DNA from: Opitutaceae bacterium
GTDB taxonomy: Bacteria > Verrucomicrobiota > Verrucomicrobiia > Opitutales > Coraliomargaritaceae
NCBI GenBank assembly: GCA_051252375.1
Contig: JBPOFY010000001.1
Coordinates: forward strand, 224,001 to 288,000
Direction: 5' to 3'
Length of the DNA: 64,000 bases
The translations under genes were made by a program, and so were the position numbers. The notes beneath the pieces were generated by a model. The model saw only the letters and a list, made by a program, of their open reading frames with translations, was not told the origin of the DNA and did not search any database. Positions 20,508 to 31,548 of this stretch are shown piece by piece. The first letter of the stretch is position 1; each line of letters opens with the position of its first letter.

Positions 20508-20543
20508 AAAAAGAAAAGCACGCCCCCAGAGGAGACGTGCTTT
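20508..20543 (-). terminator. Intrinsic terminator of sdhCAB
   Basis: Hairpin aaagcacg...cgtgcttt preceded on the plus strand by A-runs. Confidence 0.75.
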
Positions 20544-20549
20544 GAGGGA

Positions 20550-20593
20550 AAGTCCTCTTCTACGCAGCTATAAGTCCTCTTCTACGCAGCTAT
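20550..20593. repeat. Perfect 22-bp tandem duplication
   Basis: aagtcctcttctacgcagctat twice; the second copy contains the sdhB stop codon. Confidence 0.9.
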
Positions 20594-21363
20594 AGTACTG
20601 GCTGAAAGAAGTTTTTCACCTGAGCCACCGCATAATCGCGATTCAGTTGCGCAATCATGTCGAGGGGGATGCCTTTCGGGCAAGCTGCCTCACATTCACC
20701 GATATTGGTGCAACCACCGAAACCTTCGCCATCCATAGTCGTGACCATGGCTAGTGAGCGGCGATCTTTTTCCGCCTTACCCTGAGGTAAGCTATTCATG
20801 TGGGAAACTTTGGCAGCCGTAAAGAGCATCGCAGAAGCATTTGGGCATGCAGCGACGCATGCGCCGCAACCGATACATGCCGCAGCATCCATCGCATAGT
20901 CTGCAGTCTGCTTATCGATCGGCATGGCATTTGCATCCACCGCGCTACCTGCACGACCGGTAATAAAGCCACCCGCTTGGATGATCTTATCCATCGGTGT
21001 GCGATCGACAATGAGGTCTTTAAGCACGGGAAATGGCTTTGCGCGCCATGGCTCGATCGTGATGGTTTGACCATCGTGGAAGTGGCGCATGTGCAACTGG
21101 CAAGCGGTCGTGCCCTGCTCTGGTCCGTGCGGCATACCGTTGATCGTCATCGAACACATGCCGCAAATACCTTCGCGACAGTCGTGGTCGAAGGCGACTG
21201 GCTCGTGGCCATCGGCAACGAGTTGCTCGGAAAGAATGTCGAGCATCTCAAGGAATGAGGAATCCTCGGAGATGTCGGCCAACTGGTAAGTTTCGAATTT
21301 ACCAACTGATAGGCGATTCTTCTGGCGCCAAATGCGAAGAGTGAGATTCATTGTTTTTTCCAT
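20590..21363 (-). CDS. sdhB: Succinate dehydrogenase/fumarate reductase iron-sulfur subunit
   Basis: [22 protein letters not shown] and [13 protein letters not shown]. Confidence 0.96.
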   Translation of the reverse strand: MEKTMNLTLRIWRQKNRLSVGKFETYQLADISEDSSFLEMLDILSEQLVADGHEPVAFDHDCREGICGMCSMTINGMPHGPEQGTTACQLHMRHFHDGQTITIEPWRAKPFPVLKDLIVDRTPMDKIIQAGGFITGRAGSAVDANAMPIDKQTADYAMDAAACIGCGACVAACPNASAMLFTAAKVSHMNSLPQGKAEKDRRSLAMVTTMDGEGFGGCTNIGECEAACPKGIPLDMIAQLNRDYAVAQVKNFFQPVL

Positions 21364-21380
21364 CGTTCGAATTGGTTGGC

Positions 21381-23324
21381 TTATTTGTAACTACGGGTGG
21401 CTAGCTTAATGTTTTCGTAAACGAGCGGCTCCTTATGCAAGGCCGGTTCGGCGTCATCGCCCTCGTATCCCCAGACACCCACGAAGGCGTATTTCTCGTC
21501 GTCGCGCATCGCCTCGCCGTCCTCGGTTTGGTGCTCCGCACGGAAGTGACCACCGCAAGACTCTTCACGCATAAGCGCGTCGCGACAGAGGATCTCGCCA
21601 AACTCCAGGAAGTCAGCAACGCGACCAGCACGCTCAAGCTCTGGATTAATACTATCGGCATCACCTAAGACCTTAACGTTGGACCAAAACTCTTTGCGCA
21701 ACTCTTGGATCTCTTGGATCGCTTCCTTTAGGCCTGCATCCGTGCGAGACATTCCGCACTTTTCCCACATAATGTTACCGAGGCGCTTGTGGAAAGATCG
21801 AGGCGATTCAGTGCCATTAATAGTAAGTAGTTTATCGATACGCCCCTTCACGTCAGCTTCGACCTCGGCGAATGCGGGGTGATCGGTCGTGACTTGACCT
21901 GCAGCAGCGACGCCTTGTTCACCTAGGTAGTTGCCCACCGTGTAAGGCAGCACGAAATAACCGTCGGCAAGACCTTGCATCAGCGCGGAAGCACCGAGAC
22001 GGTTTGCGCCGTGGTCAGAGAAGTTCGCTTCACCGCCGACAAACATGCCGGGGATGGTGGACTGCAAATTGTAATCCACCCATAGACCACCCATAGTGTA
22101 GTGCACCGCTGGGAAGATCATCATGGGAGTCTCATATGGATTGTCGCCTGTGATGCATTGATACATATCGAAGAGGTTACCATAACGCTCCTCAATAGTA
22201 TGCTTACCATCGCGCTTGATCGCGTCACGGAAGTCAAGGAAGACGCCGAGACCAGTGGTCGCCACACCGCGACCATCGTCACAAGCTTCTTTAGCTGCTC
22301 GGGAGGAAATGTCGCGGGGAGCCAAGTTACCAAAGCTCGGATACTTGCGCTCTAAGTAATAATCGCGCTCTTCTTCAGGCACGTCATTCGGATTGAGCTT
22401 ACCTTCACGAATCTTTTTCGCAGTCTCTTTATCCGTAGGTGCCCAAACTCGACCATCATTACGAAGCGACTCAGACATCAAAGTAAGTTTTGACTGCTTA
22501 TCACCGTGAACAGGTATACAAGTTGGGTGGATCTGTGTGTAGCAAGGATTCGCCATGCCAGCACCGCGCTTGTAGGCTCGGTGGGCGGCGGTAACATTAC
22601 AACCCTGTGCATTCGTTGAGAGGAAGAAAACATTTCCATAACCACCAGTCGCCATGACAACACAGTCACCGGCATGGCGTGAAACCTCACCGCTTACCAT
22701 ATTACGAACGATGATCCCCTTGGCATGGCCGTCGACTTTCACCACATCGAGCATTTCGTGACGGTTATACATCTTTACCTTACCTAGACCGATCTGCTTG
22801 CTCAATGCGGAGTATGCACCGAGTAGCAATTGTTGTCCGGTTTGACCGCGAGCATAGAATGTGCGCGAAACCTGTGCGCCACCGAACGAACGGTTGGCTA
22901 AGTAGCCGCCGTATTCACGAGCAAAAGGCACGCCTTGCGCCACACATTGGTCGATAATGTCGGCGCTGACCTCAGCCAAGCGATAGACGTTGGCTTCACG
23001 AGCGCGGTAGTCACCACCTTTTACGGTGTCGTAGAAAAGACGCTGAACACTGTCGCCGTCGTTTTGATAATTTTTCGCAGCATTGATACCGCCTTGAGCG
23101 GCGATACTGTGCGCACGACGCGGGCTATCTTGGTAGCAAAAACAAGAGACGTTGTATCCCTGTTCTGCCAGACTCGCAGCGGCGGCACCGCCGGCCAAGC
23201 CTGAGCCAACAACTATGACGTGGTATTTGCGACGATTGGCCGGGTTGACCAATTTCATCTTAAATTTGTGCGATGACCACTTTTCCGAGAGCGGTCCTTC
23301 TGGAATTTTTGAATCAAGATTCAT
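21381..23324 (-). CDS. sdhA: Succinate dehydrogenase/fumarate reductase flavoprotein subunit
   Basis: [17 protein letters not shown] (covalent FAD His), HYTMGG, HGANRLG and REESCGGH. Confidence 0.96.
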   Translation of the reverse strand: MNLDSKIPEGPLSEKWSSHKFKMKLVNPANRRKYHVIVVGSGLAGGAAAASLAEQGYNVSCFCYQDSPRRAHSIAAQGGINAAKNYQNDGDSVQRLFYDTVKGGDYRAREANVYRLAEVSADIIDQCVAQGVPFAREYGGYLANRSFGGAQVSRTFYARGQTGQQLLLGAYSALSKQIGLGKVKMYNRHEMLDVVKVDGHAKGIIVRNMVSGEVSRHAGDCVVMATGGYGNVFFLSTNAQGCNVTAAHRAYKRGAGMANPCYTQIHPTCIPVHGDKQSKLTLMSESLRNDGRVWAPTDKETAKKIREGKLNPNDVPEEERDYYLERKYPSFGNLAPRDISSRAAKEACDDGRGVATTGLGVFLDFRDAIKRDGKHTIEERYGNLFDMYQCITGDNPYETPMMIFPAVHYTMGGLWVDYNLQSTIPGMFVGGEANFSDHGANRLGASALMQGLADGYFVLPYTVGNYLGEQGVAAAGQVTTDHPAFAEVEADVKGRIDKLLTINGTESPRSFHKRLGNIMWEKCGMSRTDAGLKEAIQEIQELRKEFWSNVKVLGDADSINPELERAGRVADFLEFGEILCRDALMREESCGGHFRAEHQTEDGEAMRDDEKYAFVGVWGYEGDDAEPALHKEPLVYENIKLATRSYK

Positions 23325-23336
23325 AGTTGTTCGGTC

Positions 23337-24143
23337 CTATTTGTGAAGTGTTTCAGTGATCGCTGCGACGGGCTCTGGTAAGCCTCCGGAGGGGTCCTCC
23401 TTCAATATCCCGGCGAGACAAGCCACGGGGATAACGGCAAAACCAAGGAAAATCACCCAAGCATAGAGAACCGCAAGGCAGTCCAAGCGCTTACGCCAAA
23501 GCGTGTTACGCAGCCCCACACTCTGGAACATGCTGCTGAAGCCGTGCGAAAGGTGCAGGCAAAGCAAACCTGTCGCGATGATGTAAAATGCAGATACCCA
23601 CCAGATCTGGAAACCGTCAACCATCATGTCATTGACGTTAAATGTCATGATCGGCTCGCCCTCTTTAACCACTACATGCCCATGCTTAACCAAAGGCACT
23701 TCGTTAGGCGACAACACCGAAGCGTCACCGTATTCCATCGATGGCACCACTCGTGCCGTGTAGTGCGCGATATGAAAAAGGATAAACGCGAGAACGATGA
23801 TACCGCTCATGCGCATCGTGCGAGCACCGTAAGATGATTGAATCGACTTCTTCACATCATAGCCCTGCGGGCGCGCCTTTCGATTATCGAGGGTCAACGA
23901 AATCGCTGTCAAAATATGCACGGCCACCGTTCCCAATAAGAAGAGACGAATCCCCCAGAGTGCAGAAGCGGGCAACAAATGGTGCAGCTTATAGGCATAC
24001 GCGTTGATCACGTCGGCCCCGAGAAATATTTGAAGGTTACCCAGCATATGCCCGAGCACGAAAAGCACGAGAACGAGGCCGGATAGAGCCATGAGAATCT
24101 TCCGCCCGATGGTGGACTTAAAAAAGCAACACAGTGAACACAT
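23337..24143 (-). CDS. sdhC: Succinate dehydrogenase cytochrome b subunit
   Basis: Membrane protein with heme His residues (GHMLGN, VHI, FHI, LHLSHG) upstream of sdhA. Confidence 0.92.
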   Translation of the reverse strand: MCSLCCFFKSTIGRKILMALSGLVLVLFVLGHMLGNLQIFLGADVINAYAYKLHHLLPASALWGIRLFLLGTVAVHILTAISLTLDNRKARPQGYDVKKSIQSSYGARTMRMSGIIVLAFILFHIAHYTARVVPSMEYGDASVLSPNEVPLVKHGHVVVKEGEPIMTFNVNDMMVDGFQIWWVSAFYIIATGLLCLHLSHGFSSMFQSVGLRNTLWRKRLDCLAVLYAWVIFLGFAVIPVACLAGILKEDPSGGLPEPVAAITETLHK

Positions 24144-24405
24144 AATCTTATTAATTGGAGAGAATTACAGCTACGGTAAGCACCGACCTTTTCAAACAAC
24201 TAGGGATTTGCAACACATCTATAAGTGTAGCGAATAGATGTTATAAGAAGAGCATACCCCAACCGTCGAGCAGTCGAAATCATTTCCATCCGTTGATACG
24301 GTCACCGAATCTTTTGTCCATCTTAAAATTAAAAAAACTTATTCTCGCTTAGATTAAAAACAGTTTAGCTAATTCGTCGTGTTTTAAATCACACTTTCTT
24401 TTTAA

Positions 24406-26100
<1,695 letters not shown>

Positions 26101-26103
26101 ACG

Positions 26104-26739
26104 ATGCGACGAGCGCTGCCAGTTCTTCTACTCGCCGCCTTCATGGTCGCAGGTTGTAGCACGACTCGGCGACCTGGTCTTTACCTCAGCCACTTCGACC
26201 TTCGAGAGCCGACGGTAAAAGACTTCGACGTCTGCGCATCATCTGGGTGTCGCACAATTTCCAAGCTGAGCTACAGCGACGAAGAATGGCAAAGTATCCG
26301 CAGTCTCTTCGAGCCCGCACCAACCACACCAGCCGCTGAGCGCGAGCGCCTCATCCTAGCCATCGCAGCGATGGAAACGATCATCGGCGAAAAAAACGGC
26401 ACCTCTGCTGACAACATGAAGAACGACCGCCGCGTCGTCACTGGCCCGCAACTCGACTGCATCGCCGAAGCCGCCAACACCACCGTTGCGCTCATCCTTC
26501 TCGATAAGGAAGACCTCATCCGCCATCACCGAGTCGGCTATCCGCAACACCGCGGCTTCACTCGGCTGCGCCTCCCGCACAATACCGCATCACTTTTTGA
26601 CAACGAAACTGGAGACCACTACGTCCTCGACTCTTGGTTCTACGCCAACGGCGAACCTCCCGTCTGCGTCCCCGTCTCCGATTGGAAAGCTGGATACGAT
26701 CCGCATAAGGAAAAGTGGCAGCGGGGAGAGGACATCTAG
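26104..26739 (+). CDS. Uncharacterised lipoprotein with a possible Cys-His-Asp catalytic triad
   Basis: Lipobox VAGC; QLDCIAE, PHNTA and VLDSWF. Confidence 0.65.
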   Translation: MRRALPVLLLAAFMVAGCSTTRRPGLYLSHFDLREPTVKDFDVCASSGCRTISKLSYSDEEWQSIRSLFEPAPTTPAAERERLILAIAAMETIIGEKNGTSADNMKNDRRVVTGPQLDCIAEAANTTVALILLDKEDLIRHHRVGYPQHRGFTRLRLPHNTASLFDNETGDHYVLDSWFYANGEPPVCVPVSDWKAGYDPHKEKWQRGEDI

Positions 26740-26752
26740 CTAATTAAAAACT

Positions 26753-26842
26753 TGGAGGGACGCGTTTCTACGCGTCCGCTTCGTTGTAAGCCATTTTTCC
26801 GTGACGACGAGACGCGGCGGACGCGTGAAACGCGTCCCTCCA
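26753..26842. repeat. Inverted pair of REP-like hairpins (REPIN-like)
   Basis: TGGAGGG-ACGCG-TTTCTA-CGCGT-CCGC, and on the minus strand TGGAGGG-ACGCG-TTTCA-CGCGT-CCGC. Confidence 0.8.
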
Positions 26843-26874
26843 GCCCCATCACAACTCAACCCCTCCCTTCCCAT

Positions 26875-26902
26875 TTGATTTTAACTACACCTGTGCTACC
26901 GT
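26875..26902 (+). promoter_or_regulatory. Candidate sigma70 promoter giving a leaderless mRNA
   Basis: TTGATT, 16-bp spacer containing TG, TACCGT; ATG 7 nt after the -10; no Shine-Dalgarno. Confidence 0.4.
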
Positions 26903-26909
26903 GCCCCTC

Positions 26910-27443
26910 ATGAATCACTACGATTACCAATCACGCCTCAAAGCAATCTGGCTCGAAGCCACTGAAAAATACGAGGGCGGCAACCGCCAGCCCGACAGCT
27001 ACTTCGACGAAGCCACTCTCGCGGAACTTGCCTCCGTCGGTCTCAACACGATGGATGTCTACGACTATGTCGAAGACTGCATCAGCGGAGGCGAACCCGA
27101 TTTCGAAACCTTTGTCATGATTTGCGAAGCGCGCCGTGACTACTTTATCACTATTCAGGAAGGCAAAGCTTCAGACCAAACGCTCGATTCCTCAACGCTG
27201 CCCGCGAAGGACCTTGAAGTAAACGGCATCGTCTGGCTCCCGCGCATCATGCCTAAAACCTTTGCAAAGCTCCGTGGCGAGCTCCCTCCAGAAACAATGT
27301 ATGGCTGCGGTGGCGACCGCCGCTTCTTCAAAGCCAACAACATTCATCCCGCCGAATTCCTCCGCGTCGCATGGGCCTACGAAGACGAGCCCCAAAAGAT
27401 CATCAAATGGGTCGAAGCACGCAGAAACGAAAGTCCTGCTTGA
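26910..27443 (+). CDS. DUF5069-like protein
   Basis: GIVWLPRI, KLRGELP and YGCGGDRRFF pattern; family recalled, not searched. Confidence 0.65.
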   Translation: MNHYDYQSRLKAIWLEATEKYEGGNRQPDSYFDEATLAELASVGLNTMDVYDYVEDCISGGEPDFETFVMICEARRDYFITIQEGKASDQTLDSSTLPAKDLEVNGIVWLPRIMPKTFAKLRGELPPETMYGCGGDRRFFKANNIHPAEFLRVAWAYEDEPQKIIKWVEARRNESPA

Positions 27444-27470
27444 TCTTATTGCCAGATCGGTAATTTTCAG

Positions 27471-27503
27471 AAGTCCGCCAGCGAACGCTCGGCGGACTTT
27501 TTC
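27471..27503 (+). terminator. Terminator-like hairpin directly before trpC
   Basis: aagtccgcc-agcgaacgct-c-ggcggactt followed by a T-run; ATG at 27506. Confidence 0.65.
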
Positions 27504-27505
27504 TT

Positions 27506-28303
27506 ATGGATAAACTAGCTGAAATCATGGCCGCTAAGCGGCATGCCCTGCGCAACTCGATTCGCCCCGTCCGCGATTCCGAGCTCGAACGCTTAAGCCG
27601 TATGCAAAAGCAAGGCGGTAGTTTCTTGAAAGCCCTCGCACGCAAGGACCGTCTTTCCGTCATCGCAGAGATCAAACGCAAGTCGCCCTCCGCTGGCGAA
27701 ATTACTGCCGCCGACCTCGATGCCGTCGAACAAGCCCGCAAATACGTCAACGCCGAGGCCGACTGCTTTTCCGTCCTCACCGATACCGACTATTTCGGTG
27801 GCACCCTTCAAGATCTTTGGGACGTCGTCGAATTCCTCGAAGTCCATGAGCGCAAGACCCCTTGCTTACGCAAGGACTTCATGGTCCACCCAATTCAAGT
27901 CGTTGAAGCCGCCGAAGCCGGCGCCCGCGCCATCCTCATCATCGTGCGCGCGCTGGAAGACGACGAAATCAAAGCCCTCCGCGATGCCGCCGGCATAGCA
28001 GGTCTCGACGCTCTCTACGAAATCCACGAAGAGCGCGAGCTAGAGAAAGCCCTTAAGTTCGACCCGAAGATCCTCGGTGTAAACAACCGCGACCTCAAAC
28101 GCTTCAAGACCGATCTCGCTGTATCCGAATTATTGATACCGCAGATCCCCGACGGAATTGTCAAAGTCAGCGAAAGCGGCATCTTCGACCCGGAGGACGC
28201 CGAGCGCGCCCGCGCTTGTGGAGCCGACGCCATCCTAGTCGGCGAAGCCCTCATGCGCGCCGAAGATCCCGAAGGACTCGTTCAGGCGTTTCACAACGCC
28301 TGA
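27506..28303 (+). CDS. trpC: Indole-3-glycerol phosphate synthase
   Basis: IAEIKRKSPSAG, SVLTD, LRKDF, GVNNRDL, SESGI and LVGEALM. Confidence 0.96.
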   Translation: MDKLAEIMAAKRHALRNSIRPVRDSELERLSRMQKQGGSFLKALARKDRLSVIAEIKRKSPSAGEITAADLDAVEQARKYVNAEADCFSVLTDTDYFGGTLQDLWDVVEFLEVHERKTPCLRKDFMVHPIQVVEAAEAGARAILIIVRALEDDEIKALRDAAGIAGLDALYEIHEERELEKALKFDPKILGVNNRDLKRFKTDLAVSELLIPQIPDGIVKVSESGIFDPEDAERARACGADAILVGEALMRAEDPEGLVQAFHNA

Positions 28304-28306
28304 ACA

Positions 28307-28400
28307 AACGTCGAACATTGAACGTCCAACTTCCAATATTGAATAATTGCGGCTACTTGAACATTCGGCGTTCTACGTTGGACGTTGGACGTTGGACGTT
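28307..28400. repeat. Inverted heptamer array (AACGTCC / GGACGTT)
   Basis: Left arm aacgtcg aacattg aacgtcc aacttcc aatattg aat; right arm att cggcgtt ctacgtt ggacgtt ggacgtt ggacgtt. Confidence 0.85.
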
Positions 28401-28414
28401 CTAGCGTAGCGATT

Positions 28415-29266
28415 ATGCCACTATCCCCCACAGCCACCCGCGAGCTCCTCAACCAATTGGAGCACTTTCCCAACAAAAAGCTGGGGCAGAACTTTCTCGT
28501 CGATGGCAATATCGTGCGCAAGTCGATCGACCTCGCCGAGATCGGCGAAGGCAGTCACGTCGTCGAAGTCGGTCCAGGTCTCGGCACACTCACCCGCGCC
28601 ATCCTAGCGACCGGCGCTGAACTTTGGGCAGTTGAACGCGACAGCACACTGTCCGAGCACCTCCGCAACAACGTCCTACCCGAGCAGCCACGCCTCCATC
28701 TCATTGAAGGCGACTGCCTCGACTATCCACGCGCCGAGCTGCCGGACGATAAAGCCGCACAAGGCTTTCGCATCGTTGCCAATCTGCCCTACGCGGTCTC
28801 CACTCCATGGATGGATGGCGTCCTTTCCGGCGAGCTTCCCGAGCGCATGGTGCTCATGCTCCAAAAAGAAGCCGGCGATCGCTACGCCGCCCCACACGGC
28901 AGCAAGACTTTTGGCGGCATTTCCATATTTCTACAATCAGCCTACGAAGTGCACAGCAAACACCTCGTCTCCGCGCAATGCTTCCACCCCGCGCCAAAGG
29001 TCGACTCCGTCCTGCTGCGACTAGACCGCAAGGCTGATGCCGTTCGCTTTTCACCCGCCGCTCGTGACTGCGTCCGCCGCATCTTCACCCAACGCCGCAA
29101 ACAACTCGGCGCTCTCTGCAAACGCGACCCACAACCCGAAGCAATCATCTGGTTTAAACAATTGATGGAGCAAGGCATCCTCCCGACCATCCGCCCCGAG
29201 GAACTCCCCCTCGAACACTGGCAAGCGCTTAGTAAAATGCTGACACACCAAAAACTAAAAAGCTGA
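28415..29266 (+). CDS. rsmA: 16S rRNA m6,2A1518/1519 dimethyltransferase
   Basis: KKLGQNFL, EVGPGLG, ANLPY, MLQKE, PAPKVDS and FTQRRK. Confidence 0.96.
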   Translation: MPLSPTATRELLNQLEHFPNKKLGQNFLVDGNIVRKSIDLAEIGEGSHVVEVGPGLGTLTRAILATGAELWAVERDSTLSEHLRNNVLPEQPRLHLIEGDCLDYPRAELPDDKAAQGFRIVANLPYAVSTPWMDGVLSGELPERMVLMLQKEAGDRYAAPHGSKTFGGISIFLQSAYEVHSKHLVSAQCFHPAPKVDSVLLRLDRKADAVRFSPAARDCVRRIFTQRRKQLGALCKRDPQPEAIIWFKQLMEQGILPTIRPEELPLEHWQALSKMLTHQKLKS

Positions 29267-29325
29267 AATAGCTCTCATCTGATGCCACATCCAGCGTTCA
29301 GGGCATTTCCGTTTTTAATTTCAGC
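29234..29325. repeat. Degenerate inverted GCTGAAAT / ATTTCAGC periodic element overlapping the rsmA stop
   Basis: aactaaaa agctgaaata on the left; gcatttcc gtttttaatttcagc on the right. Confidence 0.5.
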
Positions 29326-29330
29326 CTCAA

Positions 29331-29434
29331 AACCCCACAACCTCTCAACCTCTCAACCTCTCAACCTCTCAACCTCACAACCTCCCAACCTCTCAACCTC
29401 TCAACCTCACAACCTCACAACCTCCCAACCTCCC
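29331..29434 (+). repeat. Octamer tandem array (AACCTCHC) x13
   Basis: 13 units counted directly: aaccccac, then aacctctc/aacctcac/aacctccc variants. Confidence 0.95.
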
Positions 29435-29441
29435 AACATAA

Positions 29442-30773
29442 GTGAACCCCATCAAATGGAAACTCCACTGGCAGATCATGCTAGCACTCGCGCTCGCCGC
29501 ACTCTTCGGGTTAGCGCTCATGCCGTCCCTCGGCGAAAGTTTTAGCGGCAACACCGAAGTCTTCTGTAACTTCATCGGCAAGCTCTTCATGAACGCGCTG
29601 AAGATGGTGATCGTGCCACTCATCGTCGCGTCCATCATCAGCGGGGTCATGCACCTCGGAGCTGAAAAAGGCGTTGGTCGCATGGGCTTCAAAACCTTTC
29701 TCTACTACACCTGCAGTGGAGCCGTCGCAGTCATCGTCGGACTCGTCGTCGTCAACCTTATCGGTCCTGGAAACGTCGATGCCGAAACCGCCACAGCCAT
29801 GCTCGGTCGTGGCAGCGAAACCGCACTCAGCGAAGGATTGATGGGCAAAGTCGAAGGCCGCAGCTCCAGCGATCTCTTTGATATTTTCCTGCGCATGTTC
29901 CCCTCCAACATCGTCGATGCAGCGACCAACAACGGGCAACTTCTCGGCGTCATCACCTTCTCCCTCCTCTTCGGCGCATTCATCGGCAAACTCAAACCCG
30001 AACAGCGCGAGACCCAGCAAAAGTTTTGGGAGAGCGCTCAAGAAGTCATGCTCAAGCTCACTGACTTCATCATCCGCTTCGCACCCATCGGCGTCTTCGG
30101 GCTCGTCACTCCAGTGCTCTTCAACGCCCCTTTCGCAGACCTCATTGGTGCGATTTTCTGGTTCTTCATCACTGTGCTGCTCGCCCTCGCACTTCACTTT
30201 TTCATCAACCTTGGGCTCGTGCTCAAATACGTCGGCAAGATCAACCCGATCACGCACTACAAAGAAATGGCTCCCGTATTGCTGACCGCCTTTTCCACCG
30301 CCAGCTCATCAGCCACGCTACCGCTGACCATGGAAACCGTCGAAGAACGCGCAGGCGTCTCAAAGAAGACCTGCTCCTTCACCCTCCCGCTCGGCGCCAC
30401 CGTCAACATGGACGGCACCGCACTCTACGAATGCGTCGTCGTGCTCTTCATCGCACAGCTTTACGCCTCAACTGGCCAAGCCTCGCTTGAGATCGGACAA
30501 CAACTACTCGTCGTCTTCCTCGCACTCACGACCAGTATCGGCGTCGCTGGCATCCCCGCCGCCAGCCTCGTGGCCATCGCAGTTATTTTGCCAGCCGTCG
30601 GTCTCCCCGTCGAAGCCATCGGCGTCGTCTGGGTCACCGACCGCATCCTCGACATGTGCCGCACCAGCGTAAATGTCTTCAGCGACACCGTCGCCGCTGT
30701 CGTCATCGCCAGCACCGAAGGCGAAACTCCCTATGGGAACGTCGAACATCGAACGTCCAACGTCGAATTGTGA
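29442..30773 (+). CDS. Dicarboxylate/amino acid:cation symporter (DAACS, GltP/GltT family)
   Basis: LKMVIVP, AFSTASSSATLP, PLGATVNMDGTA and DRILDMCRTSVNV. Confidence 0.92.
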   Translation: MNPIKWKLHWQIMLALALAALFGLALMPSLGESFSGNTEVFCNFIGKLFMNALKMVIVPLIVASIISGVMHLGAEKGVGRMGFKTFLYYTCSGAVAVIVGLVVVNLIGPGNVDAETATAMLGRGSETALSEGLMGKVEGRSSSDLFDIFLRMFPSNIVDAATNNGQLLGVITFSLLFGAFIGKLKPEQRETQQKFWESAQEVMLKLTDFIIRFAPIGVFGLVTPVLFNAPFADLIGAIFWFFITVLLALALHFFINLGLVLKYVGKINPITHYKEMAPVLLTAFSTASSSATLPLTMETVEERAGVSKKTCSFTLPLGATVNMDGTALYECVVVLFIAQLYASTGQASLEIGQQLLVVFLALTTSIGVAGIPAASLVAIAVILPAVGLPVEAIGVVWVTDRILDMCRTSVNVFSDTVAAVVIASTEGETPYGNVEHRTSNVEL

Positions 30774-30775
30774 AT
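30738..30775 (+). repeat. Heptamer array (AACGTCS) forming the last codons of the DAACS gene
   Basis: aacgtcg aacatcg aacgtcc aacgtcg aattgtg aat; its first units nearly match the left arm at 28307. Confidence 0.85.
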
Positions 30776-30781
30776 TTCCCT

Positions 30782-30835
30782 AACCTCTCAACCTCCCAAC
30801 CTCACAACCTCTCAACTTCCCAACCTCACAACCTC
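30782..30835 (+). repeat. Octamer tandem array (AACCTCHC), 6 full units plus a partial unit
   Basis: Runs directly into the ATG at 30836. Confidence 0.95.
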
Positions 30836-31303
30836 ATGAGTAAAACGAATGCACGCCTCGCCGAACTCGGCATCGAACTTCCTTCCGCACCCGCTCCAGC
30901 CGGCAACTACGTCGCTGCCATGCAGGTCGGCAACCTCCTCTACATCTCCGGCGCCATTTGCCTCGTTAATGGCGAAATGACACATACCGGAAAGATCGGT
31001 GAGACTCGCGACATCGCCTACGGACAAGCAGCAGCCAAAGTCTGCGCCCTCAATCTACTCGCCGTGGCCAAAGGCCACATCGGCGACCTCGATAAAGTCT
31101 CCCGCGTCGTTCAGCTCAACGGCTTCGTCAACGGCGTGCCCGGCTTTGCCGACAGTCCAGCCGTGATCAATGGAGCCTCCGATCTCATGGTCGAGATCCT
31201 CGGCGAACGCGGACGCCACACTCGCGCCGCCGTAGCCGTCACCGGCCTCCCCAAAGACACCACCGTCGAAATCCAAGCGATCTTCGAAGTAAGCGAAGCG
31301 TAG
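30836..31303 (+). CDS. RidA/YjgF family protein
   Basis: LGIELP, GNYV, LYISG, VINGASDL, GRHTRAAV and LPxxxxVEI. Confidence 0.9.
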   Translation: MSKTNARLAELGIELPSAPAPAGNYVAAMQVGNLLYISGAICLVNGEMTHTGKIGETRDIAYGQAAAKVCALNLLAVAKGHIGDLDKVSRVVQLNGFVNGVPGFADSPAVINGASDLMVEILGERGRHTRAAVAVTGLPKDTTVEIQAIFEVSEA

Positions 31304-31321
31304 TCGCAGCGGAGAACTACG

Positions 31322-31548
31322 CAGTTCAAGTATAGAGATTAAAGTTTAAGAGACCGCGAAGCTGGCAGTGAACAGTTGCTGTAGCCGCGGCAGTCCCCTG
31401 CCGTGTTTCCCGTAGCCTCGATTCTCAGGATCGGGGAACATACACCTCGCATCTAGCATCTCTCATCCCGCACCCTAAAAACTCGAACAACGGCAAAGCC
31501 GTTCTCGCCATCCCTAATTAGCGATTACCTATCAGTCATTACCCATTA
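31322..31548. repeat. Mosaic of short heptamer arrays and two GTAG-led hairpins
   Basis: agtatag agattaa agtttaa; GTAGCCGCGGCAG..CTGCCGTG and GTAGCCTCGATTCT..GGATCGGGG; cacctcg catctag catctct catcccg cacccta; ctaatta gcgatta cctatca gtcatta cccatta. Confidence 0.6.

Noticed and set aside
29331..29434. Repeat arrays as a CRISPR array
   Set aside because: The units are 7-8 bp and contiguous with no unique spacers, and there are no cas genes in the window.
29282..29545. ORF with NLSTSQP repeats, and the same peptide as an N-terminal extension of RidA (30656-30835)
   Set aside because: These are translations of the octamer DNA array, which lacks stop codons on this strand.
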